Part shown: in pieces, positions 17,722 through 26,003 of the stretch | How the letters are laid out: each line of letters starts with the position of its first letter | Position numbering within the stretch: position 1 is the stretch's first letter | Assembly (NCBI GenBank): GCA_021372815.1 | Contig: JAJFTS010000149.1 | Location: 1-62,013 of the forward strand | DNA length: 62,013 nt | DNA from: Deltaproteobacteria bacterium | GTDB lineage: Bacteria > Desulfobacterota > Syntrophia > Syntrophales > Smithellaceae | Reading direction: 5' to 3' | The notes under the pieces: generated by a model | Databases searched by the model: none | What the model was told of the DNA's origin: nothing | What the model saw: only the letters and a program-made list of their open reading frames with translations | Program-made: the position numbers and the translations under genes

Positions 17722-18498
17722 ATGTATAAATATAAAATCTATTTAGAGTACGACGGAACCAATTACCACGGCTGGCAAACGCAAAAAAACGCCCGCAGCG
17801 TTCAGGATACTTTAATCAAAGCGGCTGAGAATTTTACGGGAGCGTCCGTTAAAGTTCAGGGCGCCGGAAGAACCGACGCCGGAGTACACGCGCTGGAGCA
17901 GGTAGCCCATCTGGAATCTCCCAAAAAAGTCCACCCGGAAACTCTGCGCATGGGAATTAATGATAATCTGCCGGCCAGCATCAATGTCCTGAAGGTGGAA
18001 AATGCGCCCGCACTCTTCCATGCCCGCCATCACGCCCTCAGCCGCAGCTATCTTTATCTGATTTCCCGCAGACGCACGGCTTTCGGCAAGCGTCATGTCT
18101 GGTGGGTCAAAGACAAACTCGATTGCGGCAAAATGAAACAGGCGCTGGATGTTTTTCAGGGATTCCACGATTTTGCCTCGTTTGCCGACAAAAGAATGGA
18201 TAAGGATGCCTCCACACAAGTCGACATCGAAGGAATATGGCTCAAAGAGTTTGACCATCTCATCGCCGTGCGGATTTCAGGTTCTCATTTCCTGTGGAAA
18301 ATGGTCAGGCGCATTGTCGGAGTGACTGTTGAGGTCGGCCGCGGCAATTTCACCAGACATGATGTGGAAAAAATGCTCAACTCTTATTCGGAAATACCGG
18401 CCAGATTCACCGCTCCGCCTTCCGGTCTTTTTCTGGAAAAAGTGCTATATGAACGCGACAAACTGCCGCCCATCAAAACGCCGATTTGCTTGTTTTGA
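17722..18498 (+). CDS. truA: tRNA pseudouridine(38-40) synthase TruA
   Basis: Start re-picked at MYKYKIYLEYDGTNYHGWQTQ. Catalytic GAGRTDAGVHA. Begins 2 nt after the upstream stop. Confidence 0.9.
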   Translation: MYKYKIYLEYDGTNYHGWQTQKNARSVQDTLIKAAENFTGASVKVQGAGRTDAGVHALEQVAHLESPKKVHPETLRMGINDNLPASINVLKVENAPALFHARHHALSRSYLYLISRRRTAFGKRHVWWVKDKLDCGKMKQALDVFQGFHDFASFADKRMDKDASTQVDIEGIWLKEFDHLIAVRISGSHFLWKMVRRIVGVTVEVGRGNFTRHDVEKMLNSYSEIPARFTAPPSGLFLEKVLYERDKLPPIKTPICLF

Positions 18499-18656
18499 TT
18501 CTGAAACCGGCTTCCCGCCTGCGCAGGCTGTGTCGTAATTAGGATGGATATCATTATCCGGAAAGATTTCTCCCGCTGGTCGAAATAACATTGAAAAGCA
18601 TTGTGACATAATCTCTGTGCGGAAATGACAACGAGGATGTAATTGCAATAAAAAAA

Positions 18657-19625
18657 TTAAACGTGATGATGTGAAATCTGCTCTTTTTTCTCTCCGGGCA
18701 GCAGGCAGCCGGCTTCGCAGATATCCGTACATTCGCCGTCGCAGGGTTCGGTGTGAATGGTAATGGTGGATTCGGGAAATTTGTCTCTGATACTTTTCTT
18801 CAATGTTTTGGTAATGTTATGGGAATCATGCACGGTCATTTGCGGAGCGACTTTAATATGAAATTCTATAAAACGGATATGACCGGCTTTGCGCGTGCGC
18901 AACTGATGAAAACCGTAAATCGCAGGCTCACGGCTGATAATATCGCGGATATAATTCTGCTCTTCCGGCGGGAGTTGAGCATCCATTAAATCGCGGATGG
19001 AATTGACCGTCAACTCGTAAGCAGCGTGCAAAATAAGAATGGCAACAAAAATCGCGGCAACGGGGTCAATCCAATGAATGTTGGGATCGGTAAAAAATTT
19101 ATGTCCCAGCCAGATAATGCTCAGAGCCAACATAACACCGGCAGACGTGTAGACATCGGTACGCAGATGCCAGGCGTCGGCCTGCAACGCGATAGAGTCG
19201 GCTTCTTTGCCCACCCGAAAAAGTTGTTGCGAAACAATAAAATTCATCACGGAAGAAAACAGCATGACGCCGACACCCCAGCTGGCATTTTCCATGACCT
19301 GAGGAGCGTTTAATTTTTTCAGCGCCTCCAAAATAATCCAGAATGCCGCTAAAAAGATAAGCAAAGCTTCAACAAAACCGGATATGTTTTCAATTTTGCC
19401 GTGGCCGAAAGGATGACGGTCATCGGCGGGGACACTGGATGTTTTCACGGAAAACATGGCGATAACCGCCGCCAGTAAATCCACGCCGGAATGAATCGCC
19501 TCCGATATGATCGAAACCGACCCGATGGCCATGCCGATCATCACTTTGAACAAAACGAGAAAGGAATTGGATGCCACCGATAGCATTGCCACTCTTTCTT
19601 TTTTCTGCTGTATGCTGGTCATCAA
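18657..19625 (-). CDS. Cation diffusion facilitator (CDF) family metal efflux transporter
   Basis: Six-TM CDF pattern (SEAIHSGVDLLA...HLRTDVYTS) with a cytoplasmic domain. Cys/His-rich tail EPCDGECTDICEAGC...SHHHV. Confidence 0.9.
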   Translation of the reverse strand: MMTSIQQKKERVAMLSVASNSFLVLFKVMIGMAIGSVSIISEAIHSGVDLLAAVIAMFSVKTSSVPADDRHPFGHGKIENISGFVEALLIFLAAFWIILEALKKLNAPQVMENASWGVGVMLFSSVMNFIVSQQLFRVGKEADSIALQADAWHLRTDVYTSAGVMLALSIIWLGHKFFTDPNIHWIDPVAAIFVAILILHAAYELTVNSIRDLMDAQLPPEEQNYIRDIISREPAIYGFHQLRTRKAGHIRFIEFHIKVAPQMTVHDSHNITKTLKKSIRDKFPESTITIHTEPCDGECTDICEAGCLLPGEKKEQISHHHV

Positions 19626-19729
19626 TAGTTACCGAATCTTTTAATCAATTGAACATTCTTTTGTCTTCTTTCTTAACTTTCTTTGATTCGCTTTGCAAGC
19701 CTCTAATTTTATGATACGAAAAACACCCC

Positions 19730-19799
19730 ATGAGACCCAAACTTTAGAAGCAAATAACCTAAGGGTCATTATAGGCGCACTGAAGTTTACAGGTCGTAG
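19730..19799 (+). repeat. Dispersed hairpin element E, copy B2 (large-loop variant)
   Basis: ATGAGACCCAAACTTTAG-(32-nt loop)-CTGAAGTTTACAGGTCGTAG. The stem keeps pairing through a T-to-C / A-to-G compensatory pair and one G-U wobble. Confidence 0.7.
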
Positions 19800-19847
19800 T
19801 GGGACTCTCTGAAAACGAGCTTTGCGAAGTTTGAAGAGCAAGGTGTA

Positions 19848-19902
19848 ATGAGACTCAAATTTCATAAGCGCAGCATAATGAAATTTGTAAGTCGAATTAT
19901 CC
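19848..19902 (+). repeat. Dispersed hairpin element E, copy B1
   Basis: ATGAGACTCAAATTTCAT-aagcgcagcata-ATGAAATTTGTAAGTCGAATTATCC, with a 10-bp perfect stem. Confidence 0.8.
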
Positions 19903-19924
19903 AATCCCGATGCATCGGGATTGG
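19901..19924. repeat. 24-nt perfect palindrome CCAATCCCGATGCATCGGGATTGG
   Basis: Exact reverse-complement symmetry. Appears inserted between two copies of GGATAATTC. Confidence 0.8.
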
Positions 19925-19950
19925 GAATTATCCCCGAAGCGGAGTGGGAC

Positions 19951-21039
19951 TTGGATAAAAAATTTCTTCTTTCTTATTTTAACGCATCGTCAAAAGATTG
20001 GCGGGACTGGCGCTGGCAATTCAAAAACCGCGTTACCAGGCCGGAACTTCTTGAAAGTCTTCTTGGAAAAACCGGCTTGAATGCGGAGAAGTTAAAAGCC
20101 GTGACATCCGTTTACCCTATGGCGGCAACGCCTTACTATCTTTCCCTGATGCAAACCCCTAAAATAAACGATCCTGTGCTTGTTCAGTGTGCACCCGATC
20201 CACGGGAAATTTCCAGTTCGGACAGGGCCGAAGACGACCCTCTGCAGGAAGATTGCCATATGCCGGTGCCCAAACTGGTGCACCGCTATCCCGACCGCTG
20301 TCTGGCCATCGTTACCGAACTTTGCGCCGTTTACTGCCGGCACTGCAACCGCAAACGTTTCTGGTCCCGCCCGAATCAGCCGGGATTAAAAACCCGTTTT
20401 CAGAAAATGATCGACTATCTTGCCGCCTCGCCGCAAATCAGAGAAGTCATTATTTCCGGCGGCGACCCGCTGATTTATGATGACCCTATTTTGGAAGGGC
20501 TGCTGGCCTCGCTGCGCGATATTCCGCACATTGAGGTTCTGCGCATCGGCAGCCGCGTTCCCGTCGTGATGCCTATGCGCGTCACCAAAGACCTCTGCCG
20601 GATGCTCAAAAAATACCGTCCCCTGTGGTTCAACACGCAGTTCAATCATCCGGCGGAAATTACACGTGACTCCGCAAGGGCCTGCCATATGCTGCAGGAA
20701 GCGGGAATCCCCGTTTCCAACCAGTCGGTCTTATTAAATGGCGTGAACAATTCCCCGGAGGTTATGAAAAAACTGCTTTACAATTTGCAGACAATATCCG
20801 TCCGTCCTTATTATCTTTTTCACTGCGATCCGGCCAGAGGCTGCACGCACTTTCGTACCAACCCGCAGGAAGGCGTGGCCCTGATGGAAAAAATATGGAG
20901 TCAATGCTCCGGTCTTTGCCTGCCGCAATACGTTTTGGACGTACCCGGAAGCGCCGGCAAAATACCTTTAAATGCGATGTCCAAAGCTATAAAAAACGAT
21001 TTAAAAAAACATAAACATTTTTTTGACAAGTTCCAATAA
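19951..21039 (+). CDS. epmB: KamA-family radical SAM lysine 2,3-aminomutase, EF-P beta-lysylation type (EpmB)
   Basis: CAVYCRHCNRK is the CxxxCxxC radical SAM motif, in a KamA-like core. Adjacent to efp and epmA. Start moved to TTG 19951 (GGAG 6 nt upstream), because the tracked TTG at 19921 lies inside a repeat palindrome. Confidence 0.8.
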   Translation: MDKKFLLSYFNASSKDWRDWRWQFKNRVTRPELLESLLGKTGLNAEKLKAVTSVYPMAATPYYLSLMQTPKINDPVLVQCAPDPREISSSDRAEDDPLQEDCHMPVPKLVHRYPDRCLAIVTELCAVYCRHCNRKRFWSRPNQPGLKTRFQKMIDYLAASPQIREVIISGGDPLIYDDPILEGLLASLRDIPHIEVLRIGSRVPVVMPMRVTKDLCRMLKKYRPLWFNTQFNHPAEITRDSARACHMLQEAGIPVSNQSVLLNGVNNSPEVMKKLLYNLQTISVRPYYLFHCDPARGCTHFRTNPQEGVALMEKIWSQCSGLCLPQYVLDVPGSAGKIPLNAMSKAIKNDLKKHKHFFDKFQ

Positions 21040-21104
21040 ATAGATTAGAGAAGCGCCAAGAGCAAAATAGCAATTTTGTTACATTAAGTAAGGAGAAAAA
21101 TTTT

Positions 21105-21668
21105 ATGTACACTGCCAGTGATTTAAGAAAGGGACTGCGGTTGAAAATCGATGGCGAACCTTATGTGATAACCGAATTTAATTTCGTCAAACCGGGCAAG
21201 GGGCAGGCATTGTACCGCACCAAACTCAAAAATATGATCAACGGAAATCAGTATGAACGCTCTTTCCGTTCCGTTGACACCTTTGAACCGGCGGATTTAC
21301 GGGAAAAGACCATGCAGTACCTTTACAAGGAAGGCGACAAATACTGTTTCATGGATAACGAAAACTATGAGCAGGTTTATCTGACGGAAGATCAGGTCGG
21401 TGACGCCGTGAATTTCATGACGGATAACATTGAAGTGGAAATTTTACTGTTCGAAGACCGGCCCATCGGCATCAGCCTGCCCAATTTTGTCGAACTGGTC
21501 GTGACGGAAGCCGAACCCTGGGCCAAGGGCGATACCGCCGCCGGTTCCACCAAACCGGTCAAGGTTCAGACCGGATATACTATTCAGGTGCCAACCTTCG
21601 TTACAGAAGGCGAAAAAATCAGGATAGATACGCGCACGGGAGAATACCTGACCAGAGTCAAGGGGTAG
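21105..21668 (+). CDS. efp: Elongation factor P
   Basis: MYTASDLRKGLRLKIDGEPYVITEFNFVKPGKGQALYRTKLKN. Carries the Lys of the KPGKGQA loop. AAGGAG RBS. Confidence 0.96.
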   Translation: MYTASDLRKGLRLKIDGEPYVITEFNFVKPGKGQALYRTKLKNMINGNQYERSFRSVDTFEPADLREKTMQYLYKEGDKYCFMDNENYEQVYLTEDQVGDAVNFMTDNIEVEILLFEDRPIGISLPNFVELVVTEAEPWAKGDTAAGSTKPVKVQTGYTIQVPTFVTEGEKIRIDTRTGEYLTRVKG

Positions 21669-21748
21669 AACAGCTTTCCAGAATACTCTCCTCGCCACCC
21701 GCTCTTTGCGCACCTCGCCTCTGAAATATTTTGTAAAGCTTCATAAAC

Positions 21749-22684
21749 ATGAATAAATTGCATCAAGACGATCATTTTCTTCTGGCGCGCAAGTCGCAAG
21801 TCCTGCAGACACGCGCCAAATTAATTCAAAGCATTCGTTTTTTCTTCATCAATAACGGATTTCTGGAGGTAGAAACTCCTTTAAGAATTCCCTCGCCGGC
21901 GCCGGAGGAAAATATTGACGCCCTGACGGCGGGAAACTGGTTTTTGCAGACATCGCCGGAACTTTGCATGAAGCGTCTGGTGGCGGCAGGCTATCCGCGG
22001 ATCTTTCAAATCAGCAAATGCTTTCGCGCCGGAGAAAGGGGCGACAGACATCTGCCGGAATACACCATGCTGGAATGGTACGTCGCCGGATTTAATTATC
22101 AACAGTTGATGGATCAGTGCGAAGCATTGATCCTGTCTGTGGCCGGGGATTTGGGCATTGCAGAAGTAATGCGGCAAAACCGGAAAATTAATTTGACGGC
22201 GCCGTGGGAAAGAATCTCTGTCGCGGAAGCGTTTTCAAAATACGCGCCGCTTACTTCTGAAGACGCTCTGGTGCGCGATTTTTTTGACGAAACTCTGGTT
22301 GATCACGTCGAACCTAACTTGGGCATGAACAAACCGGCTTTTATTTACGATTATCCGGCCAGGCTCGCATCGCTGGCCAAGTTAAAGGTGGAAAATCCCG
22401 CCGTCGGCGAACGCTTTGAACTTTATATCGGTGGGATGGAAATAGCCAACGGCTTTTCGGAACTGACTGATGCCGGCGAACAAAGGCAGCGTTTTGAAGA
22501 AGCGTTGAAAACACGCGCTGCTAAAAACTGGGCGCGCTACGAAATGCCGGAAAAATTTCTCCGGTCGCTGGATTCATTGCCGCCCTGCGCCGGAATCGCG
22601 CTGGGGATTGACCGGCTGGTGATGTTGATGACCGGCGCGGCAACCATTGATGATGTAGTCGCGTTCACACCGGAAAATCTTTGA
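21749..22684 (+). CDS. epmA: EF-P--(R)-beta-lysine ligase EpmA (GenX/PoxA, LysRS-class-II paralog)
   Basis: FLEVETP..., LQTSPELCMKRLVAAGYPRIFQISKCFRAGERGDRHLPEYTMLEWY, GIALGIDRLVML. Confidence 0.88.
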   Translation: MNKLHQDDHFLLARKSQVLQTRAKLIQSIRFFFINNGFLEVETPLRIPSPAPEENIDALTAGNWFLQTSPELCMKRLVAAGYPRIFQISKCFRAGERGDRHLPEYTMLEWYVAGFNYQQLMDQCEALILSVAGDLGIAEVMRQNRKINLTAPWERISVAEAFSKYAPLTSEDALVRDFFDETLVDHVEPNLGMNKPAFIYDYPARLASLAKLKVENPAVGERFELYIGGMEIANGFSELTDAGEQRQRFEEALKTRAAKNWARYEMPEKFLRSLDSLPPCAGIALGIDRLVMLMTGAATIDDVVAFTPENL

Positions 22685-22704
22685 TGAATTGCTTTTTTAG
22701 TTTC

Positions 22705-22740
22705 AAGGCCGTCTCTAACCGGAGACGGCCTTTAATTTTT
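22705..22740 (+). terminator. Rho-independent terminator after epmA
   Basis: AAGGCCGTCTC-taaccg-GAGACGGCCTT followed by TAATTTTT. Confidence 0.7.
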
Positions 22741-22757
22741 AACGTCTACTAACCTGA

Positions 22758-23852
22758 TTACGGCACATCCGTAAATATGGTCAGCGCATAACAATCCGTG
22801 TAGGGGGTTAGCGTAGACACCATAAACGTGTTGTCGTCCGATAACTGTCCGTGAAGAGCCATCGTATCACTTGTGACAACACCCGAACCGGATAAGGCAA
22901 CGTCTGCTGAATCCGGCACTACAAAGATGGCCAGCGGTTGACTGAACTCCCAGTTGCTGAAACTGATTGTTCCGCTGTTGTCCGCCGTCGCGGTAAAATA
23001 GAGCCAGAAAGGCGCGTACGAAGAAGAACCGACCACCAGGCCATGGGCATTCCAGTCGCCTGCCGGCATCGCGCCGTAAGTTTGACCGGTAATCTGGATA
23101 ACCATTAATTGATCATCACCGTTTTTGTCGGTAAAGGTTCCCACGATGGTTTTCTTATCATCGGACAGGAATCCCCGGTAATCGGTAAAACCTGTCAGCG
23201 TAACAATCCCGTCTGTGCCAACCGACATTGTTCCGAAGTTGGGCGGAGTTGTTGAACCTGCCGGATCGGTTTCGCTGCTGATGGTAACAGCGCCGACGTC
23301 ACTGGTGGCTCCTGCGCCGTACACCCATTTCTTTTCATTTCCGACAATCAACGAATGATAAACAAACGTTTTGTTCCGGACATCGGATTCGGAATAAGTT
23401 ATTTCTTCCGTTATTCTTTGTGTCACAAGGAATTCCTTGCTATCATCTGCCGCCGCACCTGTGCCGGCAATTAGTTTAAAGTTCGATGTCATCGTCATGT
23501 GGACATCGCTTCCGGCATTGTCTCCGCTGGCGGTGATTGCACCGTTCGCCACCGTCCACTGCAAATCAAAAGAGGCCGGACAGACATTCGCTCCCGTACT
23601 GTCTTCATAAGATACGCACGAAACAACACCGCTTTCATTCACTGTGAATGTTGCCCGCGTCCATCGGGGATCGTTGGCCAGTTTATGAATCCGCCAGGTA
23701 CCGGCCAGATCGGCCTGCGTATAGGCGGCGTCATCGTTTGTATTCGGAGACGTTGCCTCTTCTTCACCGCCGCCGGCGCAACCGGAAATTATTAAAAACG
23801 TCATCAGTACAAAAAATATTAGAACCTGAAATGAAAATCTTTGTCTGTTCAC
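22758..23852 (-). CDS. Hypothetical lipoprotein with internally repeated modules
   Basis: Lipobox LIISGC. Three similar segments (GTWRIHKL / FVYHSLIVG / WNAHGLVVG contexts). No family recognised. Confidence 0.55.
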   Translation of the reverse strand: MNRQRFSFQVLIFFVLMTFLIISGCAGGGEEEATSPNTNDDAAYTQADLAGTWRIHKLANDPRWTRATFTVNESGVVSCVSYEDSTGANVCPASFDLQWTVANGAITASGDNAGSDVHMTMTSNFKLIAGTGAAADDSKEFLVTQRITEEITYSESDVRNKTFVYHSLIVGNEKKWVYGAGATSDVGAVTISSETDPAGSTTPPNFGTMSVGTDGIVTLTGFTDYRGFLSDDKKTIVGTFTDKNGDDQLMVIQITGQTYGAMPAGDWNAHGLVVGSSSYAPFWLYFTATADNSGTISFSNWEFSQPLAIFVVPDSADVALSGSGVVTSDTMALHGQLSDDNTFMVSTLTPYTDCYALTIFTDVP

Positions 23853-23988
23853 TTATACTCCCCTTCAAAAACGGCTGCCGAAACAACAGCGCGTCATTTA
23901 ATATATTTTAAAATTCGATAACACCGTTTCGTTTTTCATTATACTTCAACAACGGATAAAATCAACAATGTTTCGGCTAAAAGATGTA

Positions 23989-24017
23989 TTGACAAGGCCG
24001 CCTTTTTCCTTTAGTTT
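23989..24017 (+). promoter_or_regulatory. Candidate sigma70 promoter for the tol-pal cluster
   Basis: TTGACA (23989-23994), 17 nt, TAGTTT (24012-24017), about 25 nt before the tolQ ATG. Confidence 0.45.
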
Positions 24018-24039
24018 ACGCTACAAATTTATCCTATTA

Positions 24040-24777
24040 ATGGAGAATAAAAAAGTGAATAACATTGGCTCCTTGGATTTAAGCGGTAATTTTCACGGCA
24101 GTCTGTTAAGCATGGTCCTGGACGCCGGGCTCATGGTACAGTTTGTTTTACTGCTTTTATTTATTTTTTCCGTGATTTCGTGGGCAATCATTTTCGTCAA
24201 ATACCGGTCTTACCGGAGGATTAAGAAGGAAAATGAAGAATTCAACGAGGATTATCTGAAAAGCTCCAAGCTTGCCGATATTATGCCGGCTGCAAAAAAA
24301 TATTCTTTTTCCACGGTGGCGGAAGTTTTTCGCGTCGGCTATACCGAATTGACGAAAACCGACAAACTGGCCGGTGATGCATCGCCGCAAAACGAGGAAG
24401 TAAGGCTTTCTTCTCTGGATAATCTGGAACGTTCCATGAACAAGGCCTGCAATACGGAAATGACCAAGCTGGAAAGCGCTCTCGGTTTTCTGGCAACAAC
24501 AGGGTCGGCCAGCCCCTTTATCGGCTTGTTCGGCACGGTGTGGGGCATTATGGATACCTTTAAGGGCATCGGCGCGCGCGGAACGGCGACGCTTGCCGTT
24601 GTCGCTCCCGGTATTTCCGAAGCGCTGATTGCCACCGCTGCCGGTCTTGCCGCGGCTATTCCGGCTGTCATTTTTTATAATTACTTTTTAAACCAGTCTA
24701 AAAACATGGTTCAGGAAATGGAAAATTTCGCCGCCGAATTTTTAAACATTGTAGAACGTTATCTGGTCCGTAAGTAA
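24040..24777 (+). CDS. tolQ: TolQ (MotA/TolQ/ExbB proton channel)
   Basis: Start re-picked at MENKKV. LATTGSASPFIGLFGTVWGIM and ATLAVVAPGISEALIATAAGL motifs. Confidence 0.88.
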   Translation: MENKKVNNIGSLDLSGNFHGSLLSMVLDAGLMVQFVLLLLFIFSVISWAIIFVKYRSYRRIKKENEEFNEDYLKSSKLADIMPAAKKYSFSTVAEVFRVGYTELTKTDKLAGDASPQNEEVRLSSLDNLERSMNKACNTEMTKLESALGFLATTGSASPFIGLFGTVWGIMDTFKGIGARGTATLAVVAPGISEALIATAAGLAAAIPAVIFYNYFLNQSKNMVQEMENFAAEFLNIVERYLVRK

Positions 24778-24798
24778 CAACGGGAGTATTCAACGATC

Positions 24799-25224
24799 AT
24801 GCGCAGCGCTCGCAAAAAAAATAATAATTCCAGCAAACCCATGGCGGAAATCAACGTCACGCCGCTGGTCGACGTCATGCTGGTGCTGTTGATTATCTTC
24901 ATGGTGACGGCGCCCATGCTTTCCATGGGCATTGATGTCAATCTGCCCCGTGTTAAATCCAACAGCGTTGATGTCGCCGAGGAAAAGCTCGTCCTGACCA
25001 TCAGCGAATCCAAGGAAATATACCTGAATAAAACCAGGATGCCATTGGGAGAATTAAGTTCCAAGCTGGAGGCGATATTTGCCAACAGAATAGATCGAGA
25101 AATTTTTCTGCGTGCCGACAAAAACGTCCCTTACGGATTTGTTGTTGAGGTGATGGCAGAGGTGCGCAAAGCCGGCGTGGATAAACTCGGAATGATTACG
25201 GAACCGCCCGAGGAAACAAAATGA
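24799..25224 (+). CDS. tolR: TolR (ExbD/TolR family)
   Basis: MAEINVTPLVDVMLVLLIIFMV, with the ExbD-type single TM segment and conserved Asp. Confidence 0.88.
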   Translation: MRSARKKNNNSSKPMAEINVTPLVDVMLVLLIIFMVTAPMLSMGIDVNLPRVKSNSVDVAEEKLVLTISESKEIYLNKTRMPLGELSSKLEAIFANRIDREIFLRADKNVPYGFVVEVMAEVRKAGVDKLGMITEPPEETK

Positions 25225-25937
25225 TTTCCCGCTCGCCTGGTAAAAGCTACCGCGGCATAAACGGCAACTTCCATAAAATGATTTTCCTCTCCCTGTTCCT
25301 CCATGTGACTTTTATTGCCGTTATTTTTATTTCCATTCCAACGACCTCCCGGCATTTAACTTTCGGGACGGCTTACTCTGTCCAGCTTGTCGGCTCCGAA
25401 GCTGTCCTCCCGGCCAATGAATCCTCCCTGCTGAAAGACATCCTGCAGTCCAAAGAAAAGACTGATGCCATCATAATAAAACATAAAATAAACAGCATTT
25501 ATTCCCCTGCCGTAAAAACGCAGGAAACGAATAAGCTCAATATTGAAAAAGCCCTCCAGGCTCTCCGGCAAAAAAGACAATCCGGTTCGGCAATCAGCGA
25601 GAAAGCAACCTCCGCCAATTCGCCAATATCGGACACCGAAATAAACGCGCAAACCGACGAATATATCGGAGCGGTCTGGTCAAAGGTCAAACAAAACTGG
25701 ACCATTCCGCAATCCCTGCTGCCGGACAAGAATATCACCACCATTATTGATGTCAGAATTTTGCGCAACGGCGCAATTGAATACGCCGGTTTTGAAAAAC
25801 GTTCCGGCAACCGTTATTTCGATGATTCCGCCCTTCGGGCGGTGAAGAAATCAAGTCCGTTTCCGCCTCTGCCCTACTGGGTCAGGGACAACAGCATTGA
25901 AATAGGCATAAGATTTCATTCCTCGGAACTGCGCTAG
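25221..25937 (+). CDS. tolA: TolA-like / TonB C-terminal domain protein
   Basis: ATGA overlap with tolR. N-terminal TM segment, then a linker. The C-terminal domain YIGAVWSKVKQNWTIP...RYFDDSALRAVKKSSPFPPLP is TonB_C/TolA_III-like. Confidence 0.65.
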   Translation: MISRSPGKSYRGINGNFHKMIFLSLFLHVTFIAVIFISIPTTSRHLTFGTAYSVQLVGSEAVLPANESSLLKDILQSKEKTDAIIIKHKINSIYSPAVKTQETNKLNIEKALQALRQKRQSGSAISEKATSANSPISDTEINAQTDEYIGAVWSKVKQNWTIPQSLLPDKNITTIIDVRILRNGAIEYAGFEKRSGNRYFDDSALRAVKKSSPFPPLPYWVRDNSIEIGIRFHSSELR

Positions 25938-26003
25938 AAACAGGGCGCTGGTTGAAGTAAAATAAAAAATGTGGTTTATCTTAATAGAAAAGGTGGTTTT
26001 GCT

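Noticed and set aside
19641-19904. 87-aa minus-strand ORF; also 11024-11251 (plus) and 43915-44292 (minus)
   Set aside because: All three are built from copies of the dispersed hairpin element. The similarity of their peptides (LKF..KF motifs) is forced by the AAATTT palindrome. One copy (B2) has an immediate stop, and none has an RBS.
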